The notes beneath the pieces are model-generated. The model ran no database searches, was not told where the DNA came from, and saw only the letters and a list, made by a program, of their open reading frames with translations. DNA of 64,000 bases, from positions 9,216,001 to 9,280,000 of the forward strand of contig CP068257.2 in NCBI GenBank assembly GCA_009914755.4, written 5' to 3'. Numbering within the stretch: position 1 is the stretch's first letter; each line of letters starts with the position of its first letter. This DNA comes from the human T2T-CHM13v2.0 reference genome, Homo sapiens. Below, piece by piece: positions 38,961 through 53,200 of this stretch. The translations under genes were made by a program, and so were the position numbers.

Positions 38961-41900
38961 TCCCACCATGAGATTTGCTGTGGCCAGTGGGATGTTCACA
39001 GATGAGATGCCAGCAGAGCCTTGAAAGACTCTAGACCCGTCAGGCCACCCAGGTACTCACTTGGGAATGCACGCTGATGGAGGTGCTTTCGTGGCCACTG
39101 TGGCAGGCAAAGGGAGTGTGGTGTCCCCTGTGCTGGTCCTTTGCAGGAAGTGACACATGCCGCTTCCACTCATGATTCCTGCCCGACTTGCGTGAACAGA
39201 CTGTCTGCACAAGGTGGGGTGTTCCAACCAACTTCTACAGATCTTGTAATTGATGATTTGACATGCACTAATCACAGGGCCAAACTAATGGCCAAAGGTG
39301 TCTACATCACCCTTCAGTCCCACTTTTGAGGTAGCATAAAAGTCATATCACAAACCCTCCAGCCACAAACAAATCTGTGACTTGTTTCCTGCCGAATAAG
39401 GGCTGTCCCTACTTTGTGACTTCTCCCCTCTGGGTTCATGGAGGCTTCGATCCATGCTTCCTGTACTCCTGCCTCCTGCCCAATCCTGGCGCTGCCTGGG
39501 CAGCCCTGTGTGGCATGCCAATGCTCCTTTTTCTTAGGAACTGTAAGAAACAAGCTCTTATTTCAAAGGCAGTTGTTCCTGTCTGTGTCTATCACTTTAC
39601 CATACCTGAATTAAACAAATCCTGAACTCAAATCATAAAACATGGGGAATGCAAGCATATTATATGAGCAGAAGGAGTGGAATATCTGTGGACAGTCCTG
39701 ATGGCTCAGACCCTTAGTTCCCACAGTGTTCTGAGAATGCCCGCTGATCTCTGCTGACACTGACTTCCGTGCATGGTATTTGCCTGCCGTCCCTGGCACG
39801 ATAGGAGGTTATGGTTGTTGAGTGTAGTCATTCCTTAACCACTTTGCTATCCTGCCTTATTATTGTCAATAAATACTATAACATATGCTAAATTTTAGCA
39901 TTCTGTGAAATGAGAGAGGGTGTATGATATTGTTTCTAAGGCAGAAACCGAGACAGCAAGATCTTACTGCACCATTCTGTGGCTTCCCAGCACCAAGTCA
40001 TTCTGATGACCCAGGTCTCACACTGGCACCTTCAGAAAACCATGGTGCCAGGAAGTTAAAATCTTATTTGAATCCAAATAAAAGACATATTCAGACTCCT
40101 AGTGACTCATGACCTGAAGTCTAAGGTTTATTCGGAATTGGCGGAGATAGCACTGGTAAATATATATACTTTTTTAAAATGAAGGGTCCAAAAATACGAC
40201 ATTTCCCTAAGCATTAAGTCAGACTGAGAAATTTGTACCAGTGATTTGGAGCCTGGAGGTAATGAGGCAAAAACTTAATGAGCTTATTCCGGGACCCCCA
40301 CCTGAGTCAAGACCTCAAAGCCTTAAGGATACAAATTTCCAGTGGCGGCTTGTTGACAATAACAGAAAAGGCGGAATCATGAGCAAGCCGGCTGTCTGCC
40401 CACCGAAGAGAGTGCTCGCAAATGCTTGGCAACACTCCCCACCTGTGTGACTCCCTCTTTCAGCCTGGAGGGCTTTCCACGTTTCCAGTGTGCATCCTCT
40501 TGACATTAAAGACATTATCCCAGGGCGCTTACCCTGAGCAAAGCTTCCTCTTCTCAGCTCCTACAGTTTGGCTGATGCTGCTCAAGAGTCCCCCACAGTC
40601 CTGGCATCTGGTTTACTTCTGGGAGGCATCTGCCCTGCTGAAAGACAGGAGGCGGCGGAAAGAACAGATAGAACAGGATCCCCGGGGCTCTGATTCTTAA
40701 GGGAAAGCAACATGACCTTGGCTGGTGGATCGGCTAACAAGAGGCTTAAATAGAGGCCCTGTTGCTCCCTACAAGAAGTTTGGACACACTGTGATGAGGC
40801 ATTTGAAAGAAAACCTTCTGAGTACAGTGGGAATCTGTATCATAAACAAAAGAAGCCTTTGGTATGCCCTGTGTGCCCCCTGCACAGTGCACTCAGTACA
40901 TAACTACAGACTGTTCTGCAAAAAAATGAAACAACTGGAATTTTTAATATCATGTCTGAGATTTCCTGTGAGAACATGGTGTACACGTTCTACTAAGTTC
41001 AAGGTGCGATTTTCCCCTAATTGTTTTCAATAGTTCCTTCCACTGTTAGCATCTTTCAGAAAAATATCAGCACATTGCTTTCCCTAGAGGGAATAGAAGA
41101 GAATAAAATCCCATGATTTAATCTTTAAAAAGTTGAGAAACAAAAGTCAAAAACATCCAAATTTAATGCTGCCTTTTCTAGCTTATGCATGTTACGTTAA
41201 TATCTAAATGATGTCCAGAAGTATTTACTTGTGTCATATTTACAGAACTGGCTGACAGACTTTAAGAAACTTGTTTTGGCTTTTGTTATTAATGTTCTCA
41301 GGAACACTTGACATGAAAGTTCTGGTTTTCTATAAAACAGAGTTTTGACATTTTTGGAGAAACTTAAAATAGGTCTACTAGGTTCTGGTGAATTCAGAAT
41401 ATTCAGAGGACATAAAGCATGACTGATGAGGAGCATAGGATTTTGTGCCTCAGAGCACTTACCATTGATTAAAGGCCTTTAGGTTGGATTCTGACCTGGA
41501 GATAGTGTCCACTGACTTCACGGCAGTCTCTCTTCTGCAAATAGGGGTACTGCTTTTCCTCATCCTTATGGAAATGATATAGTGGGATGTGAAAACATGT
41601 GGTTTCCCCCTTGAAGTTCTAAACATTCCAAAAGTGTCATTTACTCACTAGATCCTTAATAGATCTTCCTTCTAATATGGATTTTTTAAAAAAAATTTAG
41701 ATCACTCTTGCTTTCATGATTTGAGAAGGTGTTACTTAGAGAAATAAGGCAAAAGGAAAACTTTAAGATTGACATTTGTCTAGGGTGCCTCAAACATTTC
41801 TAGAACATTAGATAGATTATCACTCGATCTCTTGTTTTGAAAGCAAATTGGTTTCTAGAAGACCCACTTTGATGGTGAGACCTGTGGAGGTTTTCATCAC

Positions 41901-44249
41901 AGATGTTTATTTACACGGAGAAGAACCCCTGAACATGGTGACCAGATGAAAGGCAGCTCAGGGCTGAGCTCTCGGGACTCAGCTCTGCCATCAGCCACCA
42001 GCCACATTTTCCTCTGAGTTTATGAAAATGATGCACCCTTACACTCAATGCTACAGTTCTTGAGTCAGCATTGTGCAAGTTGATTATCCAAATTGGTCCA
42101 TTCTTGTCATACCCAACTAAATCAGAGAAGAGGGGTCTGAGTAAAAGGCACTCAGGGTACATAACGTCACTCTAGAAATGCTGTTGTCTGCAAGTCCCGT
42201 GGCTGAAACTGCCTGTTGTAACCAGAGACCACTTTCATCTGTAGCAGGTGAGATAACAACTGCAAATCAAGGACTAGTTTTGCCCACCACAGTCACCCAC
42301 CAATCAGACCTTACCAGCCCCCAAAACTTTGCTAATATCAAAGAACTTTCTCACAGGACCACAAAGGAACAGTCCTCTTTTTCCACCTTCGGACCACCCT
42401 GTCTGCCTCTATATTGTGAATTGCAATTCTTTCTTCCTAAATATTAAATTTAGAGATTCAGCTCTACATTTTTAATTTGCTTTAGAGAAGGTCAAGCAGA
42501 CACTTGCCAAACCCTGTGGTTTCTTTGTCACTGTGTGGCTGGGTTCGTTCCTCTTCATTTTGTCCTCACTCACAGCTTCCTTTGTCTGAAGCTTCCTTCT
42601 CACTGACCCGCTTACCTCAGGTGGCTTCTCTTCTGTTGTATCTTAAGAGGTAGCTGCTGCAAGTCTTTCTTAATTCACTGGGGAATAATGGCAGCCTCTC
42701 CAGGCCTTCTGTGTCAAGACCTCAGTCCTGGTTGGCTGCAAAGCTCCTCACCCAGCCTTGCCAGATAGTCTTGTTTTGCTTTCTTCTTCTAGTCTTCAAA
42801 TCCCACTCTGATTTTGAGATTCTTTTGTTAAAGCCCAGCAGCAAGGATGGTGGAGCGTGCATTGGGTGTTTGGGTGGCAGGACAGCTGGTTTCTAGTCTT
42901 GGGTTGGAAAATACCAAGTGATTTGGCTTTGGGGAAATGACTCCCCTTTTTGGTGTGAGGGATTATTTCTAGTAAATTGTAATGAAGAGATTTCATATCA
43001 GTCAACAGAAGTGGTTCTGAGCATGATCACTAAGTGGGAGCGGGAGTCACAGGGCCTCAAGGCTTATCTCCTCCAGGGCAGTTTTATCTCTGCCCCAGGA
43101 AGGAAGTACGTGGTAATATATTTCCTGGTCTGGCTGCTGGTTGGAAGTTGTGAGGGTGATTGCCAAATGAATTCTCTATATGTAATCCAGATATCAACTG
43201 GCATTTCCTGCTCCTGTGATCTAGATAAGAGAGGCCTAGCAAGCAGGCCACTTGCCGTAGGTGCCGAGTTTATGGTCCACATCACTTTTTTATGTAGGCT
43301 GAACCTGGCCCACATGACGTCTGCCCAGATATAAAATTCCACCTCTTCCTTGATTTCCACCTAAAATGTCACTCACCTGAGGCAAGGATCCATGGAGATT
43401 TGAAGGAGACATGTGAGAGTACACTTCAGAAAGGCACGTGCTCCTAGTAAATGTTAAATACTGAGATTCTTAAATGTTTCCTCATGCCCAAGTCTGTATG
43501 TTCTACATCCTTGAGAGGGAACCTAATAAAAGGAGTTATTTTTCTTGACAAATGGAGTTTATAAAAAGGACTTTGAGATCTTTCAAAATATGATCTAATA
43601 TAAGAATCATTTATTTTTGGAAACACATTTGTTTATTCATTCACAGTTACATTCATTCATTCTAGGCTTTTTTGGTTTGGCCTCTACAGAAGAAATTATA
43701 AAACTGGTTCAGTACTGCCCCCCATCAGATACACTAATTCCCCAAATAACAGAAGCCAATGATTTCTGCATGTGAATTGTCCAGCTTTTAAAGTCAGCCA
43801 TTTGGCCATCTGTGGCCATTTGGTGATGTGTTACTTGTGTATGGACTGCCAGTGTTACTAGTGTGGTCTCGATGGAAGGTAGCTCTTCAAGGAAGTAGTA
43901 AAAGCCAAACTGCACAAAGCAAATCCTGTAGCTGACAACAATGTGCCCAGGCTTTTCCAGATTTGCTCTAGTTATTCCAATAAGCACTATTCAAACTTAT
44001 AAACAGATGAAAGGAGAAAAGAAAGGAGCCTTTAAAGACAAAAAGAGGGCTTCTTTCTGCCAGTGAAACATTTCCCAGGTAAGATCACATCATCTGCAAT
44101 ATGGCTTGCAAATGTGTGTTTAAGATAATTTTTGGAACAGCCTAGACCAACCAGTTAAAGTGACTAGGGGTTAAACTCCAGGAGGCACAACAGAATATAT
44201 GTCTATATATATATATACATATCTTCACACCAATACACACAAAAACCTT

Positions 44250-44900
44250 TTATCTCTTTATTTGTTATTTCACAAACCCTAATAACTCTAAGCTGCATAA
44301 TATCTCTCTTAATGATATAGGCGTTAAGAAGAAACTGCTTAGGCAGATAGTGAGGGTATGGGAATCCTCATAGGTTTTGCTTTTTAATGAAAAGCAGCCC
44401 CAAAATCATTGTCTAACAAAGATCAGCCTGTAAGATGGAGCTGCAGACATAGAAAAGCCAGCGGCAAGCTTGCATGGGTGAAGGGCAGCAGGAAAAAGCT
44501 ACGGGGACTAGGCATGTTCAAAACGGAGGCTCCATCTCCCCTTTCCTTTGCCAACCACGTGTACAGGAAGGAGCAGACAAGAAGGCACCAGTCAAGTGGA
44601 AAGTCCATTTGCATAGTAAGATTCGGATGGGGTGGCCAGCCTTCTCCGCATGCCGTGTAAACCTATGTAAGCTCTAGGGAAATCAGACACCGCCTCCTCA
44701 AGCCTGCCTAAAAAATCCTGCACACTCCTTGCCGGCTGGTCTTCCCTTTGGGAAACTCTCTCTCTCTCTCTCACTAGAGGGAGACTATTCTCCTTTCTCT
44801 TTCTTTTGCCTATTAAACATCTGCTCCTAAACTCTTCCTGTGTGTTTGTGTTCTAAATCTTCCTGGCACAAGACCATGAACCCTGGGTATTTACACCAGA
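44250..44900 (+). mobile_element. ERV-type LTR-like element (family unassigned), copy A
   Basis: About 80% identical and co-linear with 62250-62930. The shared blocks are agtgagggta, gcttgcatgggtgaa, ggcatgttcaaaa..ggctcca, ggagcagacaaga, gtcaagtggaaagtccatttgcata.taagatt and cagacacc.cctcctcaagcct. A gcctattaaac polyadenylation-like signal precedes the end. Confidence 0.45.
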
Positions 44901-45854
44901 TAACTTTCCATATGATTTGTTGAGCCTTATATGCTAGGCGCTGAGTTAGGTACTGACTACAAAGAGTTGAATTTGTTGTAGTTTTCTAAAAACCTCATAT
45001 AATTTCCTTTGAGCTTGACCCTTCCTGTTGAAGTCCAGCTGACATTTTGGTGAGTGTTTCTCTGTGGACTGATTCACCCCGTAGATAACTAGGCAGGAGG
45101 CCTGGACAGAGCTTGGGAAGGCTCTGCCTGCAGTGGGTGTGCAATGGGAGGAAGGTTTTCCCCATGAGCCTCTTCACTTAGGGTCCATTTGAACGGGACG
45201 TTTATCTCCCAGCCCATCTTCAGGGGGAATCTGCCGTTGGTGAGTGGAAACAAAGGGCAGGAGTTGGGGTCTCACCACTGTATTGTCCATACCACCACCA
45301 TCTCTGGAGCCAAATTCCCAATCTGCTTAAGGCTTCGTCTCATATTGCACGTCCCCCACACACTGATCTTCCAGGTCTGTGAAGCATTGAAACACTTTTC
45401 CATTTCAGGGCTGTTTGTGCTGTTTCCTCAGCTTCAATTTTTCCCCTTCCTGAAGTTTCAGGGAAGCCCTCTCCGTTTAGACCTGACCATCAGAGAGGCA
45501 TTTCCTGCCCCTCTCCGTCAGTCCCATTTTTGTTTTTACATAGCGCGTTCATCAGTTTTTATTTATTATTTGTCTATTCAGCACTTTTTTTTTCTGTTTG
45601 TCCTGTTTTACTTTTCCATTAGAATATAAGCAATGAGAGGACAGGGCTGGGTCAGGCTTGTTTGCTATTATATTTGCAATACTTATCTTGTAGGCAATTA
45701 ATGAATGTAAATAAATTACCTTCAATGCTATGAATTATAATAGTTGCATTTGCTTCTTCACACAAGTGTCCCACGATTACCATAAGCTTGTATGTGTGTT
45801 TAGGTTCTTTTTTTCATAGCATTTCCCATAAGATGATTATCTGAGTCAATGCTT

Positions 45855-46310
45855 TGCTTAGGGTTCACCGGAGAAACATGTGTGTGTGTGCGCATGTGTG
45901 TACATGTCTGTGTAGGAGGGTGAGACAGACAGAGATTTCATTGAAGGAATTAGTTCACATGATTATGGAGACTGCAGGACCAGAATCTGTAGGATAGACC
46001 AGCAGGCTGCAGACCCAGGAAAGGGCCCACGTTGCACTTCTGAAGGCCGCCGGCTGGCAGCATTCCCTCAGGATTGCGGGAGGTCAGTTTTTGTTCTATT
46101 CAGGCCTTCAACTGATTGGATGAGGCCCACCCACATTACAGAAAGCAATCAGCTTTACTCAAAGTCCCCTGACTGAAGTATTAATCATATTCCAACACAC
46201 CCTCACAGAAATGGAATATATAACAATATGTGACTAGAACAGTGTTTGACCACCTATCTGGGTGCGATGGCCTGGGCAAGTGGTCACATAAAGTGAGCCA
46301 GAATAGACAA
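45855..46310 (+). mobile_element. Same LTR-like repeat family, copy 3 (more diverged)
   Basis: gcttagggttcaccggagaaacatgtgtgtgtgtgcgc ... ggaattagttcacatgattatggagactgcagg ... ctattcaggccttcaactgattggatgaggcccacccacattacag ... tgtttgaccacctatctgggtgcgatggcctgggcaagtggtcacataaag. Confidence 0.5.
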
Positions 46311-48920
46311 CCTGAAACTTTAATACCAACAGGCTTGTCCTGAGGCCAGGACACATCTTCATCCAGGTGGGGTGAGGGGCTTGCCATGTTCCCACAAGAC
46401 CTGTGATTTTCAGCAATCCTTAAGTCTCTGAGGTTCAGATGCCTTGTATATATAACAGGCAGATTAGTCTAAATCCAGAGATTGCAAACTGTAGCCCCCA
46501 GGCCAGATCCAGCCCCTCCTGCTTATATGTGGCAACACAGGCTGAGAATGGTTTTTATGGATGAACATTTGGGATTAATTTGGTTCTAGGGAACTAACTT
46601 TGAACTTCCAATAAGCAAAATGTTATCTCCTCCTCAAAGGATTCCATTTATCTCTTTTGTGGGCCTGTATTATCAAAACAAACAAAAACTAAATGATTAT
46701 GTTATAGTTTGAATTTTGTCAAGAAAAATGTTGTGGAAATTTATTTTATCTCTTCTTTTATTAGTATTGACATAATATCTTTGATTTTTGTCTCTTGGCT
46801 CAGGAAGCCTAAAACATTTACAATCTGATCCTTTATAGAAAAAGTTTGCCAACCCTTGGTCCAAATGCCTCATGTTTTCAAGTCATGACATTCTGTGTGC
46901 CTAGGTTCTCGTGGAATGTAACACGCTACAGGGATCAGCCGTTTGGTGAGTCTGTGGTAAACCTTTTATTGAAAGAGCAGTGTCTTAGATGAAATGAGCT
47001 TTGAACAATTTGGGGAAGTAGAGCGATGGCGGGTGGGGAAAGACTTTCTGCTGCAGACAAAGTTTCCCTACATGTCTGCCCTGATCCTGCACCTTTGTGC
47101 CCTCTGAACAATGAAGACAAGCCAGGCAAACCCCAGTGATGCTTTAACCTGCAGCTCGGGACAGCCTCCACTCTGTCTCAGACTCGCCCGGCTGTGTTCC
47201 GGCTTCTGCCTGGGGTTCAGCCATGGGCTCACCTGTCCTTGCAGCAGAACCTCTGTCTTTGGAGTTGGTGCTGGTCTTTGAGTCATTTCTTTGGCTGTGA
47301 CTCAGTCAAGCCTGATTGGATTCAGACCAGCATGAAGGGTCCTACTGCTCCTAATTCTCCCTCCCAGCTGGGCCTGCTTCAAATCCTCCAGCATTCAGCC
47401 CAGCAAACCATGATCTAGCCCAACACTCCCTCTGGGCATGTGCCTCTCCAAGATGCCGCAGGCAGAGGAAGCTGAAAGGCTGAGTGAGCCTCCCATTTGA
47501 ATGTCTGCTTTTTCTAGGGCAAGCTGTTCTTTTCCATACCTTGTTTGTAAGACAGAGAAGGGGTCTGCCTGAATTGTACCGGGCACTGTGTTAGCGCTCC
47601 ATGCTGATGGGCCAGGTTGCTTTCACTCTTCTGAGATTAATAGTTGCACTTCATAATCACAGAGCCATTTCACAGTTTGATACCAAGCACCCATACAGAC
47701 AATATTTGGAGTCAGTGAAGAGAGTTTTTGCAAATGTCTTAGAAGATAAATTAGCGACAGTGTGAGAGATCAGTTTGCACTGTGCTTCAGTTTTCCATTG
47801 CAGGCTCTTACTAACCTGATCCCATTACAGCTTTGAATTAGGAAATAAGCCTGAGGCACAAATAGCTGTGAAAGCTTTGTTTGGTTGAGGGTTTTGGAAT
47901 TCGAATGCTTAACAAAAGTTTGCAAAATCCTGTGAAATTTCTTTCTTTTCTTTTCTTTTTTTTTTTTTGCATTTCATTTACCTTGTCTTATTTGTTCTTT
48001 CTGTTCTCTCTAGTATTATTTTCAAATGCAATTAAGACCACCTAGTTCTGTCATTGGCTGGAATTCCCAGGAATCAGTGACCCTTTGATAGAGGTATGTG
48101 TGCCCTGCCCAGGGGACCCAGTGGGCAGCATGAGGCTCCCCTCTCCCCTTTCTCAACCAGCCTGGAGTATGTTGGAAATAAAACAGAGAGCTAAAGAACG
48201 TGGAGAAACTGCCGGCCTGAACCCAACTAGAGTGGAAAACATCCAAGGAAGGCCGGTGGCGCTGGGAAGTGAGCTGAGTCTCCTGGGTTCTAAAAAGCTG
48301 GAAGGATTGGAGCAGGAACCCAGCCCCACACTTTCCAGCTTGTTTTGTCGACAGGAATGTTTTGCTGGAGGAAAGGCCTGAGGAGAAGTTTGATTTTCTG
48401 TAACTCAAGTAGATTTGGAACATTGCTCTTCCTTTCCATTGCAAACAGTTTTTTCTTCCAATGCTGATATTCGTTGAGATGTTTAACTCCTGTGTATTTA
48501 AAAAAGAAGGGTATAAATACATTCAGATACTAAAAACATTATTTGCAGTTAATTTAAATATATATTAGAGTAATAAAAATTCGGAAAGTGATTGTAACGC
48601 TTACTTCACGTGTGGATTTAACTATGTGAATTGATCAGAAGCTGAGCTTAAATGGCAATCACTTCCTGAGCTTTGGTTGGGTATCTCTTACTCCCTAGAG
48701 CACGGTTGGTTCCTTGCTTTCAGTTCAGATTGATTTGTGCAAAAGTGAACTCCTTGTCTTCCCCGTCAAGTGAGCCCCCACACAACTACTTTATTTTTTC
48801 GGCGATACCATCGTTCTTTCAGTTACCTGGACTCAGAAACTGGAGCTGCTTGTCATTTCTTTCTGTGCTCTGTCTTCCATGTCTTTACATTTCCAAATCA
48901 TGTGAATGTATCCCTAGTGC

Positions 48921-50225
48921 CCCACTGGTGTTTCCATCTCCACGACCCCACCCTCCACCCTTATTCCACTGGTGTTTCCATCTCCATGACCCCACCCTCC
49001 ACCCTTACTCCACTGGTGTTTCCATCTCCATGACCCCACCCTCCACCCTTATTCCACTGGTGTTTCCATCTCCACGACCCCACCCTCTACCTCTTACTGC
49101 ACTGGTGTTTCCATCTCCATGACCCCACCCTCTACCTCTTATTCCACTGGTGTTTCCATCTCCATGACCCCACTCTCTACCTCTTACTCCACTGGTGTTT
49201 CCATCTCCATGACCCCACCCTCCACCCTTATTCCACTGGTGTTTCCATCTCCATGACCCCACCCTCCACCCTTATTCCACTGGTGTTTCCATCTCCACGA
49301 CCCCACCCTCTACCTCTTATTCCACTGGTGTTTCCATCTCCATGACCTCACCCTCTACCTCTTACTCCACTGGTGTTTCCATCTCCATGACCCCACCCTC
49401 TACCTCTTATTCCACTGGTGGTTCCATCTCCATGACCCCACCCTCTACCTCTTACTCCACTGGTGTTTCCATCTCCATGACCCCACCCTCCACCCTTATT
49501 CCACTGGTGTTTCCATCTCCATGACCCCACCCTCTACCTCTTACTCCACTGGTGTTTCCATCTCCACGACCCCACCCTCCACCCTTATTCCACTGGTGTT
49601 TCCATCTCCACGACCCCACCCTCTACCTCTTACTGCACTGGTGTTTCCATCTCCATGACCCCACCCTCTACCTCTTATTCCACTGGTGTTTCCATCTCCA
49701 TGACCCCACCCTCTACCTCTTACTCCACTGGTGTTTCCATCTCCACGACCCCACCCTCCACCCTTATTCCACTGGTGTTTCCATCTCCACGACCCCACCC
49801 TCTACCTCTTACTGCACTGGTGTTTCCATCTCCATGACCCCACCCTCCATCCTTATTCCACTGGTGTTTCCATCTCCACAACCCTACCCTCTACCTCTTA
49901 CTTCATTGGTGTTTCCATCTCCATGACCCCACCCTCTACCTCTTACTCCACTGGTGTTTCCATCTCCGTGACCCCACCATCCATCTCTTATTCCACTGGT
50001 GTTTCCATCTCCACGACCCCACCCTCCACCCTTATTCCACTGGTGTTTCCATTTCCATGACCCCGACCCCACCCTCTACCTCTTACTCCACTGGTGTTTC
50101 CATCTCCATGACCCCACCCTCTACCTCTTATTCCCCTGCTGTTTCCATCTCCATAACCCCACCCTCCACCCTTATTCCACTGGTGTTTCCATCTCCGTGA
50201 CCCCACCCTCCACCCTTATTCCTCA
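48921..50225. repeat. Minisatellite, mixed 44/45-bp units, ~29 copies (~1.3 kb)
   Basis: The units are cactggtgtttccatctccatgaccccaccctccacccttattc (44 bp) and cactggtgtttccatctccacgaccccaccctctacctcttactc (45 bp). They differ mainly by ccaccctta versus ctacctctta. The array runs uninterrupted from 48921 to 50225. Confidence 0.95.
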
Positions 50226-53200
50226 CTGATTCAGTAATCATGACTTCACGCTGAAGTCATGACTTCCATGACTGCACGCTTTGGTGTTGCTTTTGGTGCT
50301 TCTCTCACATATTTTAAACATTGATCCACAGAGCTTTCTTACACATTACACATTATTTTCCTCATTTTATAGATGAATCAACTGAGACACCAAGGAACTG
50401 ATGGACTTGTCCAATTCACACAGATAGTTAAGGATTGAGGCCAAGACCTCTAGCCTGGAGGTACCTAGCACCTGGAGAGCAGCCTGCCTGGCTTGCTGTT
50501 GCCAGTAGTTTCTCCTCTTCAATGGGTCATGCAGAACCTTGGCCTCGTTCACTGCTCATAGCCAGGAGCTATGGACAAAGGCCTTCTATTACCTACAGGG
50601 ATAAGTCCGTTTGTTCCCAGACCAAACTGAGAGTCGGGCTGCTTATTCTCGTGGCCCAATAATGAGATGCAGATAAACTGGGAAAGAAGAGAGCTTATTT
50701 CTGTAACCGGGTACAGGGAGAAGGCCTGGAAAATACTGCCAGACTAACCAAAAATTACAAGGTTTACAGAGCTTATATACCTTTTAAGCTATATGTCTGT
50801 GTGTACTTGTGCATTCGTGTAAAGACATAAGTGATTAACTTACTCTAATCTGTAACTAAGATCTGAGTTTTGAAGCCCTTCCTCTGCAGCCTCAGTAAAT
50901 TGACTTAATCTAGACGGGTCTAGGTACCGGGGGTGATTACATTTATCCTGTCTCCTGCTAAATCATGGAGGTTTGGGGAGTTCCTTTAGACCCCCAATAA
51001 AACATTTTTGTGGAGGTCTGGGGAGTTTCTTCAGCCCCCCAATAACAAGTTGTTTAATCCTAAACAGGTCCTGTTAAGAATTCCTTCATTATTTTGTCGC
51101 GCTTCAAGACCTGGGAGAGGCCTGGGCAAAACTCCTGGTGGGCTTTGGTTACATTCCAGCCTTTGTATAAGGACACTGGCTCTCTCAGCTTTCAGTATGT
51201 AGCTCAACACTCAGTCAGTGCTGAGACAGTTGTTATGGAGGCCTGCCTGTTCAGCTGTTAGTGACACCTGGCCTGCCACAAAAATCTCCTTGGTTGGCAT
51301 GAAATAGCCTCTCCAATCTGTCTAATTGACTTATCTGGTCTTCTATCACTCTTTTCAGCTCCTCAGAAACTCTGCTCCCGGCAGATGAGACTAATTTTTG
51401 TCCTTCAGCTCCACCTGCACCAATCACCTCCAAATTTGTGCTCATACAGTACCCTCTGCGTAGATGCCTTTCTTCTTCATGCTCGAGTCCCTTATTTTCA
51501 TGGAGCCTTTCCTGTCTGCTCACACAGATTGTGTGCTCCTGTGTGACAAGAGTGGTCGATTCCGATTGATTTGTCCAGAATTGAACTCCTTGTTTTCCTC
51601 ATCGCGTGGCCCCCACTTGTTGGAAACCTGAAAAGACTACATTTCCCAGACTCCCTTATGGGTGATGTTGGGAGCCTATGACCGTGTTCTGACCAGTGCT
51701 GTGTAGATGGAACGCTGGCCACTTCCAGAGTTGACCATAAGACACTACTCTCTTCTTTCCTCCTGTGGGAATCCAGGAACCCACATGTTCCAGGTGGCAG
51801 AGTTATAGTATGGAAGCAGCTCCTATCTCTGAGTTACCACTCGGAGGAGACCAACCAAGTAGGGCCACTGAAGGGACAATGACTTCGAATGAGAAAGACG
51901 TAAGTTTTATTTTAAGCCACTGAGATTTTGGGTTGCTTGTTATAGTGGCCAGCAAACATTGCTCTGACTAATTTGGCCTGCCTGCCTGGTTTGATATATC
52001 TCTCCACCTGGATTTTAGAGTTAATGATTGGCATGCCATTTATTTTTTACCTTTCTCCCTTCCCTATTTCTTTTCTCATTTTCTCCTTTATTTTCTTCAT
52101 TCCCCATTTAATTTTTTGTTTTCTCGTTTTTTCTCCCCAGCATCTTTGAGGGCCCTATTTAATCTTAATTGAGAAATCACCAGGGAGACAAATTCTACTA
52201 ATTGCAAAAATTGAATAAAAAATGGTCTGAGCTTTCAAGAAAGTGCCTGTTTAGTAAGAATTTTATAGTCTAGTAGTTGCTAACAATTTAAGCTGTTTGT
52301 CCCTCCATTACTCAGTTGTCCGGGCAAAACAAATGGTCAGAGACCAGTCACTGAATGCGGATTAGGGCTTTCCAGGTTCTCAGGACTTCACTGGTCTTGC
52401 ATGATGTTGTAGGAATGGTGAGGTGGGGCCAAAATTTACTTTCTGATCAAACAGCCCATGTGTTCATTGGTTAGGTAATAAATATGATTAAGCCTCTACA
52501 GCCCTATAGGCTGCAGCACAGAGGAATTACAGGTAATCTTGATTTAGAGAGTGTGTTTGGGTAAGTGTTCCAGCTTATTTGCATAGCAAAGGGCTCTGCT
52601 GGGGCCACTGACTTTGTTCTCTGTGAACTCCCAATTCTCTGGGAAGCAGATAATATAGATTCCTCTGCTCTTATCAATTTCCAGTTGCATTCTTCCAAAG
52701 CACCAGGAGATTTGTGTTTGGCCATGATTTCAGTTGGCATACTTTGGCCCTGGGGTGATTTCTCATCATTATGATGTCAGCCTCCATTTTCATGCCAATG
52801 ATACAGTTATACCTGTTTTTGGTTTTTGACATCCCTTCCCTTTCTTTATCTGGCAGGCATTAAATCATTAATGTTTCAAAATCACATACAGCTGAAACTT
52901 TGTAAAACAGCATTTCTAGTAATGAGCTCCTTAAAATTGCAGAGACAATCCAGTCCTCTCTTTTTCTTGGCCTCCGCTGACCTCCAATTTCACTTCAAAC
53001 GAGGATGCAGGGGGTTATCTTTGATTGATAATTATTTTTCCTGATCTAAGATGTATGAAAACCTGTCTTTTATCATGCAAACCTTGCTAGAATGCAGGTA
53101 TTTCTCTCCATTACTAATGCAGGGAGATTTTCGTCATGATTTATGTCTTTCAGATTAAATTACTGGGAAACATGGCCCTTCCTGAAGGCTGGCTATCTCT

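Noticed and set aside
48022-48522. 166-aa minus-strand ORF in unique sequence
   Set aside because: There is no recognisable domain or family similarity. The composition is unremarkable, and it lies in unique intergenic-looking DNA just upstream of the 44/45-bp minisatellite. It is a chance ORF unless supported by transcript or homology data, which I cannot check here.
48673-50229. Multiple 60-150-aa ORFs on both strands (for example 48673-49122, 49552-49926, 49005-49262)
   Set aside because: These are translations of the 44/45-bp minisatellite. The mix of 44- and 45-bp units shifts frame constantly, and the proteins are pure repeats (HWCFHLHDPTLYLLL / GRGWGHGDGNTSGVR).
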